A stretch of DNA of 64,000 nucleotides from the human T2T-CHM13v2.0 reference genome, Homo sapiens: assembly GCA_009914755.4 (NCBI GenBank), contig CP068257.2, forward strand, positions 32,480,001-32,544,000, read 5' to 3'. The notes under the pieces are model-generated. The model was not told where the DNA came from and did not search any database. It worked only from the letters and a program-made list of their open reading frames with translations. Position numbers and translations under genes: made by a program. Below, in pieces: positions 1-15,104 of this stretch (the stretch's first letter is position 1; each line of letters starts with the position of its first letter).

Positions 1-3000
1 TTTCCTGTAGGTATTTTTGTACCACCAGTATATGGAATGTTAGGGAAAAACTTTGTTCCAGTTCCTTTTTTTTTTTCTTTCTACTTTCAAGTTTAAGTGA
101 ACCATACTGAAATGACCAACAAGTCTGCCTGTAAAGTTACATGTCATGATTGTGTTGTTAAATGATTATGGGGGAGAAAATGAAGTAAATGTTGCTGATG
201 ATCCCCATATTTATTGATCATATTAAGGTTGTTTATATAGTTTGGAAATGACCAGCCCCCTAAGCAGTGTTTGATTAACTTATGCTAATCAGATGATTAC
301 TCATATATTCTGCTAATTTTCTAGCTTTATTCTTGTTATTTGGAAAAATTATTAGCCAAATGCCTTCCTAGGTGGATCCAGTTGGAAGATATGTCCAGAA
401 ACCTGAAGAAAAATTGACGCTGCCTTTGTGTGCTGGATTGCTCTACTTGATTAGATCATGATATATCAAGGTTGAATTTTTAGAGGGAAAATTTAATTCT
501 GATATCTTATTGCATCCTTGATAAGTTTTTCCCTGATTTTTTTTTTCCTCAAAAGACTTTCCATCTGTACACAGCCTCTACATTTTTGTTGTAGTGACTT
601 AGAGCATAAGGATGTTTCAGTGCAAACTGGCCGTCGGTAACAGAAAACTCAGTGCATACTTTGCTGTTGTTAGGTTGTCAATATAGTCTTTCTGTAGGAT
701 GGATAGCATGTTTGAGAGGTGCCAAACAAGAACTTTTGGGGTTAGTAGTGTGTCTTGTGGAGGGTATTACAGGACTGTGTAATTATAGGACTCTAACTTG
801 ACATGGCTTGGCACCCACTTGCAGCTAGTGGGTACAGGGTACAAAAGATGTTAGAGAAAAGCTCTACAGATTACGTACTTCTGTGTCTTCGTATGCTCAA
901 CACTGTCCTTTGTCCTCCATGAAAGATGAAGGAAGCAAATTATGTATGTACTTTCTTTGACCTTCTTTAATCTCTGATACTTTTTAGATTGCATGATTTT
1001 ACTAGGCTTGTATTTAGGGAAATTACTTTCATAAATACTTTTGTAGATTTTGAATCAAAACTCAGTCTTTTTAATTTTTTTGTAGTCTATAAACTAGTTT
1101 CATTATGATGGACTTGATTAGTCCAAAGTTAATTTTAGAAATTGTCAGGTAGCATAGTGTCTTCCCATGATCAGGAGGCTTTCTGAAGGACTGAGTCTGT
1201 AAATGAAAAAATAATTTATGTATGAATAGCATGTATTTCTGAAGAGCTTAGAGTGCCTTGTAGAATTTTTTTCTCAATTTTATTCTTGAGGTTTATAATT
1301 TGGGGGCCAAATAGATAGAGCTCATCATTTTCTTGTTTGGAAGTTGAGGCTGCGACATGTCCAAGGTTATGAAGTCTCTTTTGGGAAGAACAGAAACCAG
1401 GTCTCCAAATCTGGACTCATGGTTTGTTCAGATGTGTCTGGACAAATGGTTGTCAATGTTTTGTCCTGTTTTTTCAAAGGAACTGTTCTTCCTTTGGGAC
1501 AACCTTTTGGTGTTTGGGAAAGTAATAAGATCTTGGATTTTTCAAATTAACATTAAGTTGTAAGAACTAAAATTTTCTTTGAACCACATTACTGTGTAAT
1601 TCACTGATAATTGACATATTGGCTGGGCAGCCTATCTCTTCCATATCCAGCGTAAATGAATAGGAGGTGTTTGTGATTTTTTTTTTCTCCCTTTATTTAA
1701 CATTGAGTCCTAGTAGTTTGGAGAATTAGGGTCCCTCTACCTTCTTTCTGCTCTTGTCTTAGTAAGATACATAAGGTACATCATCTTGTGTCTGTGTGTA
1801 TATAGCAGTAGGTCAAGTTTAGAGTACTAAAGTCTGTAAATAAGGAATGACTATTAGCATATTCATTAGAATTGTTTATTCTTGCCAGTATAAACATCAT
1901 TTTATTTAGACTAAAGTCCCTGAAGCTTGTCTTTCTTATTGCTTCCCAGTAATAGATAATGTGCTCGAGTAAGTTTGTGAATTGCTGATTGCAACTTAAT
2001 TCAGGGACCAGTCTTCAATCTATATTTCATTAGAATGATTGTTCCTGGAATGATCATACATGGACTGTCTTAAGCTAGCAAAATGTTCATACTTTACACT
2101 GACTAAATGGGTCCTAAATGATGACATTGGTCTTTAGACATTAACATGTGTATATTTTTATATTAGCTCAAGCTAAGGTTCAGAATTGAAGCTTGATATT
2201 GACTAGAATAGCTAAAAGTCAAAATGAGGTGAGGACACTGGTCTTGGAAGGTAGAGAAAAATAAATGTCTTACCAGGTGTTAATGGTATCCCCAGTTCTT
2301 AGACTTTTGTCTTCTCAGGCAATTTTCATCTCAAGATCTGATGAGAAGGGCATATTACATTGGTATGCAGGATGATTATTGCATATTTTGTGGGACCTCT
2401 AATTTCCCTGGTCATCTTTCAGAATATTCTGTTCTGCCACCCCCAGAGAGTAAACACTTGAGCCGATTTCTTCTTCCCCAGCTATTCTTTCCTGGGGGTA
2501 ATTATGCTTTGTCTTTAGATTAGAGAAGCATCAAGCAATAGCAATGGTGCTGTGTCCTTCGGCCTAAATTCAATAGATCTCATCTCCTAGGGCTTCCTTT
2601 TCACTTGGCTCAAAGGATCCATTGTATTTTGGCACAAAGAGCCTGGCCAGGGTCATGTAGCCATAGCTCTTAGGGATGATACCTCAAGAAATTAGCTGGG
2701 ACCCATCACTCTGTGAAACTTCACATTTTAAGAACTGAGTTGAGGGGGTTGTTATGCACTTCTGTAACTTGAGGCTAAGCAAGGGGTTAACTCTTGTGAG
2801 AGCCAATAGAGTGTGTCTGTATTCGCAGTCCATGGCTCATTTTCTTTATAGTAGGCATATGGATCTTCCCCTCTGACTTTGAATATCATTTGGTGTGGCC
2901 TGTGGGTTATTTTCATTCTTTACCACCAAATAAAGCGGCTTATTAGCTACTCAGTTACTTGCTACTCAAAGGTTAGGTCTTCCCTGTTCCTGCTTGGCAG

Positions 3001-6000
3001 TGTTAAAGCTTACAGGGTTAACTTATGATGATTCTCCTGGCTCATTTTCATCAGAGGCATGATGACTGGAAAGGGATCACATGGGTCGTTGGTGGTGACA
3101 CCTCACTGTTTCCTAGGTTTGGATAGAGAGATGTATACAAGACCTTTCCTGTTAAATTACGTGACTACAGAGACTTGCCAGGACAAAATTTTCCTAAGAA
3201 ATCAGAAAAATGATTAAGTGAGATAAGTACCTGGGTGACACAGATATTAGCCCGTTGGTAAAAGACAACAAATATTAGCTTAAAATCTGCATATGTAGAA
3301 TCATTTTCATTAGATTTAGAGCTTGAAGCACCTTGGCTCTCAGCTACTTTAAACTCCTCCCCATATAAATCAGGGCACCAATAAATAAGTTTCAGCTTTT
3401 TAAACCCTGGTTTGATGTTAAGCATTATAAAGTACGAAGTTTGTTACCACAGTAGAGATAATTTAGTAGAAAAATGCTTTGAGGCTTCAGTATTTGTAAG
3501 ATTTTGCATTAGCCAGATGCTAGGTTGTTGAAGGCATTTCAGTGTTGATAATAGCCTGAGCAGACTTCTTTACAAATGGGATCTGTTTCTATATGTGTAT
3601 ATGCCCACTTACCATTCAGAGAGACTGGTCTTTCTCTTTGTCTTCCTTCACATTGCTGTGTCAGTTCTACACCTAGTCTTTTCAGCACTTAGCAAATTCA
3701 AATTTTGATTTTTTTGTCAGCTTAGTTCACTTTAAGGCATATTGGCATGGTGTGTGAAAGTGATGTTTTGCCCCAGTATTGAGGACTTTTAGATCCAAAT
3801 AATGACTCATTAAATATAATTATGTTTTAAGTATACTGAATTTCTGTTAGCTTAAAATGTTAATTCTCAGGAATGATTTTCTCACACTTTGTGTTGGCTA
3901 ATAATAAAAGCACTGTTTTATTCTCAAAACTCCTTTTTCAAAAATTAGGGAGAGAGCAGTAGTGATCATTTATGTGAGCCCCTTTGAAATGATGGTGTCA
4001 GAGTGCAGAGAAACAATGGAGTTTTGATGCCAAAAAGGTTTTTTTGCAGTAAAAGTAAAAATTTGGAATTAGTTGGCATATAGAGGAACCCTTTTGTACT
4101 GGAACGTATGAGGCTGGATTGTGAAAAGGTAATCTTTCGATTGCTAGACTTGGTTAACTTAGGGCTGCAAATCTTTTTCTTCTGTCAAGGTCACTTAATA
4201 TGGAATGTTTTTGTCAGACTGTCCTTTGTTGGAATACTTTAGCTGTTCAGCTACTTTGACTCCTAGGAGAGAATTTAGTTAAGGTTCAAAGTAATTAACT
4301 GGCTTTGCCAGTGGTGAGTCCCACACCATTATTCACTTAGTAGTCATATAAATGTTTTTATTTAAACTTCTCTCTCTTCAATGCTGAGAATAAGGCTTTA
4401 AATTACTGATTCACCTTTAAAGGAATGTTGTGAGAATTGATGTAATTTCTGTTTCTGTTTCCATCTAAACTTCTTTATAAAAAGAGGGATTAGTTTTTTT
4501 GTTTTGGGGTAAGCACCTAATTTATCCAGTAACCAACAACCCTAACCATTGGCATATATAGTCTTTCACTCAGAAATAAACAAAAACTGTTTGGTATATC
4601 TGTATCATTGCTAATCTTGTGCACTTTACTTTTTGGGCAGTACCATACATAGTCTGAGGCTATTGACTTAAACCAATAACTGTACTTTATGTAATGACTC
4701 TTAAATTTGGTTACCTGGGTTCACAGCTTGCTTGAAGAGAAAGGATGCTAGAATAAAGTAAGCAGCTGAAGAGCGAGCAAATCAAGACAAAACACAGTGG
4801 TCTCAGATTTTTCGTAGTGTGGGAACAGTGGTTTTGCTCTATACCACTGAAAAGCACTATAACATAATTGTTGTCCATGATACTGAAGCTTTTCCCCTCA
4901 CTTCTAGGTTGTTTACATTCAGAGCTCTATCAATAAGAGGAATACATATTACAGTGAATTCGACAACCGCACAAGTTGGCAGTAGGTATCCCCAACCTAA
5001 TTTATCTTGGTAAATTCACCCTGTTTCCTAGTGCTGCTGGATAAAAGAGTGTTTACTTTTTATTGCTCTTAGACAGAGTAGTCTAGATAAGTTTTCAATT
5101 TATCAACATAGCCTAGACTTCTGTAAGTGGAATGTTCATTAGTAACTCATCTTTTTGTTGTTATAATTGGAAACAGAAACGAGGCTTATTGCTATTGCAG
5201 AAATCCCAAACTGGCAAAGGCCAGTATATATGGTATTCCATAATATAACCAGCTTTTGAAATTTATGTGTTTGGATTAGTGCCTTCTGGTTACCAGTATT
5301 GACTCTGCTAGTTTGCACCTTTCCGTTCTTAACAGAAAATTTGTATTTGTTATTCCTCTTAAATTTTGTCGTAACTAGTGAAGGAAGTAAAAAAAAAAAA
5401 AAAACATGCATTACATTGACATACTTTATGTGCAGCCTTTATTTAGGTTCAGTGAAACCAGGTAGTTCTGTATTTGTGTTGTAGCCTAAATGTTGTTTCT
5501 TTTATATCCATTAAAAACTTAAAGTTACTTATGTTCTGTGATCTTAATTTTGTTGTGTTTCCATTGTAGGTTGATAGGTATATCGAGAACAGGTACGTGA
5601 CAACAGTTTATATTCCATGATAGAAAGCTAAAGTCCATAGAAAGCACAAAATCGTGTTCACACATTAGTGTACCCACACATAGAAAGCACAAGACTAATA
5701 GTATTCTCTGTATCCCACAAGTGCCAGTCATAAAGGCCACCAGGTATTTGTCTCAGAGTTGCTATGAGCACTACAGTATTGATAAGCCCAAGACAATGCG
5801 GTATCTAAACTGGTCCTAATGGTAAGGGACCCAAAGGAATAATCTCAATAAGTTTGTACCACATTGATGGAGGGAGAGAATATAAATGTCAAGAATGCCA
5901 AAATTATATTTGGGGGTTACTAGCTAAAATGGGGTTTGAGGGCTTTTTACTGCAACTTGAAACTGGAGAAATAGGGACAGATGTCTAGGTTTTTGGTGGG

Positions 6001-9000
6001 TGGAACAGGTGACATATTTCTGTTTTAAGCTGTAGTGTGATTGGGGTTTTTTGTAAAAAATCTTAAATCTTTTAGGAAATATTACCTCTTAACAGTGCCC
6101 CCCCAAACATGCAGAAAGTCATACTTTAACAGGGCAAATACTACTTGTCTTTGATTTTTTTTGTGTACGTTTGTATGTGAGAGATGAAGTTACCTTTATT
6201 TTTTTCCTATACTTGACTGTGCTTCATTTTAATAAAGGATAATTTGATCTGAGTGTTCTGAGCATCAGACTAATTCTGAAGCATATTTGCTAGAGGAGCT
6301 ACTTTGCTTTTCACAATGGGGTGGAGAGGATTCTTTCACTTGTCCCATTAACCCTCTTCTAGTCTAGATGAGATGAAATCTGTTAATGTGTGTGTAGAAG
6401 AAAACGTATGTTCTTCTACTCAGCATTGCCCTTTTCCACCTCCTCACTTCACCTCCGAGTAGCTTGTTTATCAAGAATGAATGAATGTCTTTGTCTTAAA
6501 TTTTGCCCATGTGTTAAAAGATGTAATTCTCAGAATGGGAGAGAAATGACTACCTTTGTTCCTACTCTTTTATATAATTATCCTTTTAGGGAAAGACTTG
6601 GTCAACTCTAATATATCTAGAAGGAAGACTATATCTGGTGTAGACTAATATGAGATGTTTTAGAAGAGTTAACCTGAACACTTTGAGGGAGAGATTATTC
6701 TTGCCAGCAAAAAGCTAGCCAGGAATGAGCCTACCACATTATTTGAGAATATCAAACCTCAGGCCTGGGGGGATGAGGGGAAGAAGATTACCAGAAGTGC
6801 AGGAAAGAGAAGTTTGAGGAACACCCTTGGCTTAGCAACATGTGATAATGCAAAGCTGTTATAACCTGTTAATCCTACGTACTATGTGTTCTGTACCTTT
6901 ACATGTTTTTAAATTTAAGATAGTTTGTAAGAACTGTACAAAAAAATGCTTCTGGAGATTTCTTTGGCAGAAATGCCTTTCATCTATAATTTCATGGAGA
7001 ACTGCTTTAATTAGCCTAGGTGAAAAGTAGTCCTAGCAGTGTAAATATGTATAATTAGAGTTTTCTAATTTCACTGTGAGATCTCTAACTTTTGAGTGGC
7101 AAACAGATCAAGTCTTTTGCTCATAGACTTTTCTGTGGGGTTATTAAAATGCAAAAGCTTTATTTTTTTTAATAATGCCATACTCCATTAGTGTCAGATG
7201 ATGGTATGGAATTTGTTCCCTTGCTTTCCCCCACTGTTACTGCTTCAGTTTATAGATTGCCAGCAGAGTTCAGAAATAGAGCAGGGATTTACCCGTTCTT
7301 TGCTTGGACATCCCATTTTCTTTTGTCCAGACCCATGTTGGCAATCATGTATGAACTGTGTTATACTTCTCAGTGCTTTCTTTTTTCTTTTTGATAAGAT
7401 GGATATCAAAAATAGTTGCTGTGCAAAAGTTAGTAGTCTTCTTCAAGAAGAAAACCAATTCTTTTTCTAATAATATCCTGTGAAATTGCTTCATTCATTC
7501 ATTTATTTTTAAGCCAAATGTCAGCAGAGTGCTGCTGCTTTTATCTAGTAATTTTGATATGTAAGTATTAATGCATTTTTAAAAGATGTCTACATTGAAA
7601 CATGTTCTTCCCAGTGTCCTGCTTATGATGCTTTGTTCAGATTTTTTGTAAGAGACCAGTTAGTACACTGGGGGTGTATATTGTGTACATGTGTCATTTT
7701 AGTTAGGCATTGTAGGCCAAATGTGATTATAAATGAAGTTGATGAACATTAATTTTGTTATTAGTGAGTTTTTTGAATTGTAAATGGATTTCCAGTTTAC
7801 CTTCTGTTGTCTACAGCTTTTTTAATTTTAAGGTTTGACTAATTGTATCCATCTCATTGTACAGTGTTTTAGTTGCAAGCAGAAAGTAGAATTTGGTATA
7901 AAGCAGGTTATTTCTATATTGAAAGGAGTACAGTTGAAATTGTAGATTTAAGATTGTTAAAATCATGACAATTCTAACTTGTCTATTCTAACCTATTGTG
8001 TACAATCTGATTTTTTAAAATTGTAAACATGTATGATCTTGGTTTCATGTGTTTTTGAAAGTGTTATTGTTTAAAAAATGAAAAAAGCATATCTGCTAAA
8101 GAGCTGTCAGTTTTCATTACTGACTCTGTAAAATACACTGTTCTTTGTGTACTGTGTGTTATTTTGCCAGCTGCTGCATTAGCCTTCAAAAGTATTTGGA
8201 AACTTAAGATGAACTACATTTCTTGCAAAGTACATTCCTTTCTGTGGTATTTTGTCCTGTAACTGAAGTATAGTAATTATTTTATGGAAATGTTAGCAAT
8301 TCTGTACCAACTTTGAATAAAATGAAAAATTTATATTTCTGTGACTAAGTATTTTCAGTATGAACACTGCCACAATGTAGTGTTCTGGGTCTCAGAGTTG
8401 AAGAAGAGTTTGTACCTCAGTTTCTTTTGCCCTTGGCCCATGAATGGTTTCCAGTGAATTTCCCCCTACTAATTTTTGTCATTTTTAATCTTTGTAAACA
8501 CTGACTCACAGGTATTGACTGAGAATAGGATTATGTGTAAAACATAGAGTAAATTAAAATATTCTTAATTTTTTCACTTCCAATTTTGAAATTTCAAGTT
8601 ATAGGAAAGTTGTTAAGAATGGAATGAGGAATTTAGGACTTGACTTCATCCAGGCTCACCAGGGATTAACATACTGCCTGCCACATTGGCTTTGCCATTC
8701 TTCTGAAGCATAAATATTTTTTCTGAACCATTTGAGATACTATTTGCAGACATTGTTCCCCTTTACTCCCTGAGTACTTTGCGTGTATATTTCTTAAGAA
8801 CAGTCACTCATAGTTATCAAACTGGACAGAGAAACAGTGATTTTGAATCAAAAGACTATTCAGATATTCCTGGGTCCAGTAATGTCTTTATAGCAGCTTT
8901 TCCTCCCCTTTCAGAAGCCAGTTCATTGCATTTAGCTTTTATGTCTTTTGCCCCCTTTAATCTGGACTACTTCTTGGATTTTGTCTTTCACGGTATTGAC

Positions 9001-9323
<323 letters not shown>

Positions 9324-9849
9324 TAATACAGGCCAATCATTTTGTGACTGTCCCTTTTTAGTTTGGGTTTGTCTGTTCCCTCATGATTAGATTCACACTA
9401 TGCATTTTTGGCAGAAATACAAAAGTGATGCTACATCCCTAAAGCCTCACATTAGGAGGCATTGGATGTGTTGTCCCATTATCGATGATACTAACTTTGA
9501 TCTTGGTTAAGGTGGTGTCCACCAGGTTTCTCCAGTGTTAGTTACTATTTTTTCCCTTTGGTAATATGTAATTAGTGGGGGGATATTAAAAACCATGTAA
9601 ATAACCTATTTCTCATCAAACTTGAACCCCTAGTTTTAGCATTCATTTATCTATGAATCTTGCCTGAGTTGTTACTGTAATGGCTATTTTCTAGCCTTTT
9701 TTTGATGGGGAGGATACTGTACTCAAGAGCTTCCCCTTTTCCTGTTCATTTGTCAGTATGAACTCCTGGATTACTTTGTTCAGTGAGTTATTATTCATTA
9801 CTGTCATTATTTTGCTTAGATGTTTCCAGATTTAGCTGGTTTCTTTTAT

Positions 9850-10640
9850 CAATGGTTTCTTTGTCCTTTGTGACGTTTCCATCAATTCTTGAGTGCTTTG
9901 CATTTTCCAGCACAGTAAGATGTTCTGGATGCACTGTGTCATTTCCCTGCCTCAGTCTGGGGATTGGGCATTTAGTAGAGTGGCTTGGAGTACTCACTGC
10001 TGTAGGGGTATCATGACTTCTGGGCCCTTTCAGTGTACAGAACTAGGAAATACACATACAGTCACATGTCTTATAATGGTGTTTCAGTGAACAATGGACG
10101 ACGTATATGATGGTGGTCCTATAAAATAATGGAGCTGAAAAGTTTCTGTAGCCTAGTGATCTTGTAACGTACCGTAACACGTTACTCCTGTTGATGGTGG
10201 TGCTGGTGTAAACAAACTCTGCTGCCAGGGATATAAAAGTGGACAGTAATGTCTTAAGCTTTTACATTCACTAACCACTCACCCAAAGCAACTTCAGTCT
10301 TGCCAGCTCCATTCATGGTAAGTGCCCTTTATGGGTATACCGTTTTTTATCTTTTATACCATATTTTGACTGGACCTTTTCTATGTTTAGATGCTCAAGT
10401 ACTTGTCGTTGTGCGGTTACTTACAGTATTCCCTGCAGTAACTGCGTGGGTTTGTAGTCTAGGAACAGTAGGCTACACCACATAGCCTAGGTGTGTAGTA
10501 GGGTACGCCTTCTAGGTGTGCAGAAGTACACTTTATGATTGTACAAAGCAAAACTGCCTAACGACGCATTTCTCAGAACATGTTCCTGTTGCTAACTGTG
10601 CACATCTACAGATGCCTCCAGTTCTAAACCAACACCAGTG
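9850..10640. mobile_element. Probable DNA-transposon fossil (TcMar/Tigger-like). Family and orientation are uncertain.
   Basis: TATGATGGTGGTCCTATAAAATAATGG .. CCTAGGTGTGTAGTAGGGTACGCCTTCTAGGTGTGCAGAAGTACACTTTATGATTGTACAAAGCAAAACTGCCTAACGACGCATTTCTCAGAACATGTTCCTGTTGCTAACTGTGCACATCTACAG resembles the recurrent Tigger-end motif (..TAGCCTAGGTGTGTAGTAGGCTATACCATCTAGGTTTGTGTAAGTACACTCTATGATGTTCGCACAACGACGAAATCGCCTAACGACGCATTTCTCAGAACGTATCCCCGTCGTTAAGCGACGCATGACTGTA). Confidence 0.4.
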
Positions 10641-12253
10641 GTTTCTTTTTAGCCTTCCCTCGGTGTTTGTATTTCTCTTCTCCAGCAGTGAGAAATCTGA
10701 TAATACTGATGCAACTCATTTTGTTGAATCCTGTAACACCTTAGAATTAATTTTTGCATGGATAGAGTCTTTATTCTACCTCGTATTTGTTTGCAACTTT
10801 GGCTGAATGTAGAATTCTGGGTTAGAAAGCACTTTCCTTCAGAAATTTGAAATCATAAGACCATAGGAATTTTCTAGCCTCTAGCCTCTGTGCTCTAAAA
10901 TTTCAGTTAGGTACCTTGACAAAAGTTTTTCTTGGACAGTACTGGCCCTTGGTGGGTTCTTTCAGTATGGCAGCTCCGTGCTGGGACTGTGATTCTCCCT
11001 GCTCTCTCCTGCTTAGAGCCCCTTTTGTTTAGCTCTTGGACCTCCTGGACTGGTACACTTGGTTTCATGCCTTTGCTCTTAATTTTCATCTCTTTGCTCT
11101 TTCTAGGGCAGTTTCTAAACTTTATCTTCCAACCCTTCTGTTGAAAAAGAATAAAATTTCTGTTGAGTTTTTCAATTTTAAGAGCTCTTTTGTTCCTGAA
11201 ATCTTTTTTTATAGTCTCTTATTCTTGTCTTATATCTTGTATCTTCTCATCTCTGAAGGTACTGTCGTCTTCCACTCCCGCTTTATTTACTTCAAGATAG
11301 TTTTTTTTCTGTGTTAATCTTCCATGTTAAAGGCTTTTCTCCGATATATGCTGATCTGCTTATTTTTAATAGGGTGGAGCACGCTGGCATCACGATTGGG
11401 CCTGCAACGGCCTGGCTGTTTGTTGGGTTAAGTCCTGCGATATCTTTAGAATAAGTCAAGCTTTCCAAAGAAAGTTTTGAGTTTTAAACTGAAGGATAAA
11501 AGGCCTTTTGCCATGACTGTGAGAGCCAAGTGGGGAAAGAACACAGGGGCCCCATCATTCACAGCCTGCATTTTTTCCTTAATCTCTTTGGTACAGTACT
11601 ACCATTTAGAGCTGTGCCTGTGCCCTCCAATGCAGAGCCCTCTTTTTTATCTGCCGCAGAGTATAAACCTTCAAATATGCATCTCAGGATCCAACTAGTC
11701 CTTAAACTTTTGACCAATTGTATTTATTTTAGTGTCACTTCACCCCCACTTCCCAGAGGTGCCCAGTGTTGGTATGGTTGATTCTTAGTTTTTCCCATTG
11801 TTGATTTTCTGCTTCTACTTCCTTTCTTCCAGAATGTTATTGCTAATGTTTCTTCTCGTATTCTTGTAAGGTTGTACCTGAAAAAAAAAAATCCTGCACA
11901 ATATGTGCATCAAAACATCACATTGTTTACCTTGAATATATATCATTTTTATTTGACAATCATACCTCCATAAAGCTGAAAAAAATCTCTTTACAGTAGT
12001 TCTAGTAGGTTTTCAGGTGGGAGCATAATTAGGTGCTTGTGTTGAATCCTCTGGCTTGCCTGGAAATTCTGGTACTCACCCTTTAACCTTTTGAAGGTTG
12101 AAATTTCAGAGCCTATTGCCCATTTCTGCCCTTCCCTGAGATAACATGTTGCCTACCAGAAGCACAGTTGGAGTTTTAAAGTTCTGCTTATTTCTAAGTG
12201 CTAAGCGATGAAAATTGTTCACATTTCAAAGGGGCCTTAAAAGCTGCGTAGTT

Positions 12254-12574
12254 GGCTGGGCACAGTGGCTCATGCCTGTAATTCCAGCACTTTTGGGAGG
12301 CTGAGGCTGGTGGATCACTTGAGCCCAGGAGTTCGAGACCAGCTTGGGCAACATAACGAAACCCCATATCTACAAAATACACAAAAGTTAGCCACATGTG
12401 CAGATGCACACCTGTAGTCCCAGCTACTCAAGAGGCCAGCTACTCAAGAGGCCGAGGCAGAAGGATTGCTTGAGCCTGGGAGGTCGAGGCTACAGTGAGC
12501 TACTATTGTGCCACTGTACTCCAGCCTAGGCGGCAACAGAGTGAGATCCTGTCTCATTAAAAAGAAAAAAAAAA
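12254..12574 (+). mobile_element. Full-length Alu in plus orientation.
   Basis: GGCTGGGCACAGTGGCTCATGCCTGTAATTCCAGCACTTTTGGGAGGCTGAGGCTGGTGGATCACTTGAGCCCAGGAGTTCGAGACCAGC ... GCCACTGTACTCCAGCCTAGGCGGCAACAGAGTGAGATCCTGTCTCATTAAAAAGAAAAAAAAAA. Confidence 0.95.
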
Positions 12575-14494
12575 GGCTGTATAGGTGATTCTTTTATACA
12601 ATGTGTATTGAATACCACTCATCAAAGCTATTTTATTGTGAGTTTTAACATATTCCATAAAATGACACATGTATGGTGTAGTAAACAGTTATTTGTGGTA
12701 GTTATGTTTTGTAAATTTACCTCAAACACTGCATGAGTGAATTCTGAATCGTTGCCCCTTGCGTTAGATTCCTTCCAGTGTATGGTCATGTCATTTTTGT
12801 CAATACGTGTTTGTCAATCAATACATGACCTTGCCTCATGTGTGTTTCTGTTTAAAGACAACATAGTTACTAATTGTTGATAACATTGCTAACAGTGATA
12901 ACATTGTGCTCAAGACCGATAGCGCTAGAACTCATGCCTGCATTGTGCTAGATAAGCTTCAATTTTCTTCCTAAGGCACATCACATCCTTACGCTTAGGA
13001 ACACTAGACAGCCCTTCAGCACTGCACTTGGGAGCCATTTTAAACAACGAAATGACCCCCAGAAAGCACACATGCAAAAAAACATGGTACTAAATAGACA
13101 GCCAAAGGACCCTTGTTTATGATATGTGAGCTGAAACAAGGGCGAAACATTGCCTTTGTCTGCCTCAGCTGGGAATGTGTGCAATAGGGGACTGCAGTTT
13201 TCCACCATGCTGTGCATGTGTGCATATCTACAGATGACTGCAGTATTGTTGGGGGTATTGATTTGGGGGCTACAAATAAATTTTAGCAAGTAGGCAAATT
13301 GGCATATATGGATTCCATGATTAATGAGAATCACTTGGAATTGTGAAGCAAATACCTATGTAACCACCACCCATAAGAAATAGAACATTACCAGCACCAC
13401 CACCCGCTTCCTGCCAAGGAGGCTCATTCCACTTTCAGAAAGTTCTAAACTTTAAAGGATTTTCTGATTGACCTTAAATCTGTCTCTGGCTTTTACTCCC
13501 AAGTTCTACCTCTGAAGTGTTATCCCCTCCCCCACTTCTATTTGAAGAGAAATGTTGAAGATAAATGTATTCTGAAGTCTCAAAATCAGACATCATGTTC
13601 TTCACTCTCTGGGTGTATAGCACAGGGCATAGATTTCAGACCCTTCACCATCTTGCTCTTCTGTTTTTTCCTCTGGATAACTTTGAGGCAGTTGAGGTTC
13701 CTTTTCATATGTGGCCTCCATGTTTCAGTAATTGAGGAGAGACACTGCTAATAATGCAACAAAATGAGAGCCACCATTCCCTAGGGCTTGCCCCCTTCCA
13801 AGTCTAATTTGGGATCTCACTGGCATACCCTAAGGTAGGCCCCCTGTAAAGTCCTGTTGTCTCTTCATAGGAGTTTCTGACTCTCTTTCCAGCTTTCCAT
13901 GGCTTTTCAGAGTTGAGGTTTTTTTTTTTTTTTGTTGCTGTATTGTTCCCCATATGCTTCAGGAGTTGAACATCCATTTGGTTTTGTATTTTAATCCCAA
14001 GAATTTTTAGAAGTTTGGATGCACTGTTAAGTGTTTCTGCCTGTGCCTTAGATGTTGTTTCTGTCTTTTGTCTTATTTCTAGTTCTTTTACTCTGCATCT
14101 CTCCTTTTGACTAGTGGGATGTGCATTAACTTCATTATGCATCTCTGTCTTTCAAAAAATACTCTGTTTTCCTCTTTGCAGTGAAGATCTTTTAAATTTT
14201 ATGACTCAGTATAATCTTTTCTTCCTTTCTAGTTATATTAAGTACAGTTAGCAACTTTTATTTCTCAATTCTCCATTTATTCTTTGACTAGTCATCAAAC
14301 ATTTATTGAACGTGTATTGTAAGCCAAGTTCTTTGGACCTCCAGCATCTAATAACCATGAGTAAGAAGCAATTTGAAGAGGTTTAAGAATAGGGACAGAC
14401 TCCTATATAATTACACTTGCAAGATGTATGTGGAATGCGAGCGATACCTATGGGGTTACAGAAGAAAGACACGTTTATAGAAAGTAGCTGGATC

Positions 14495-14935
14495 TTTTCA
14501 AAAAAACAGTTTGAGATAAATTTCATGTATCTTACAATTCACCCATTTGAAGTGTACAATCCAGTGGTTTTTAAAGTTGTGCAACCATCACCACAGTCAG
14601 TTTTAGAACATTCATAATCATTAGTTGTCACTCCCCAATTCTCCCTCCCCACACCTATTCTCTCCCCACTATCCCCTGGCTCAGACAATTACTTACCTAC
14701 TTTCTGTCTGTATTTGTCTATTCTGGACACTTTAAAAAATATTCCTCTGTCTATGATTATATATCATTTGACTGGCAGCTCCCAATCCCCCCTCCCCATA
14801 ACCACCTAAGCCTCTGGTAACCACCATTCTACTCTCTATGAGATCAACTTTTTAAAATGTCATGAGTGAGATTATACAGTATTTGTCTTTCTTTGCCTGT
14901 CTTATTTCATTTAACATAATTCAGAGAAACACAAA
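14495..14935 (-). mobile_element. Old L1 3' end (ORF2 C-terminal codons plus 3'UTR) in antisense orientation.
   Basis: Plus-strand text carries antisense L1 3'UTR motifs (GAAGTGTACAATCCAGTGG..TGCAACCATCACCAC..CCCTCCCC..CTGGTAACCACCATTCTACTCTCT..GAGATTATACAGTATTTGTCTTTCTTTGCCTGTCTTATTTCATTTAACATAATTC). Confidence 0.7.
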
Positions 14936-14952
14936 ACCACTGAGGGTTTTGT

Positions 14953-15104
14953 GGGTGCGGTGGCTCATTCCTATAATCCAGCACTTTGGGAGGCTGAGGT
15001 GGGTGGATCGCTTGACGTCAGGAGTTTGAGACCAGGCTGGCCAACATGGTGAAACCCTGTCTCTATCAAAAACAAACAAATGAACAACAACAACAACAAA
15101 AAAC
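14953..15104 (+). mobile_element. Truncated Alu (left monomer only, FLAM-like) with an A-rich tail.
   Basis: GGGTGCGGTGGCTCATTCCTATAATCCAGCACTTTGGGAGGCTGAGGTGGGTGGATCGCTTGACGTCAGGAGTTTGAGACCAGGCTGGCCAACATGGTGAAACCCTGTCTCTATCAAAAACAAACAAATGAACAACAACAACAACAAAAAACC. There is no right arm. Confidence 0.75.

Noticed and set aside
5390-5402. Homopolymer A/T runs (5390-5402, 13921-13935, 24541-24551, 26575-26592, 37423-37448, 39855-39868).
   Set aside because: Most are Alu or L1 poly-A tails or simple slippage tracts. The run at 37423-37448 is the retrocopy tail already annotated. They were not treated as separate features.
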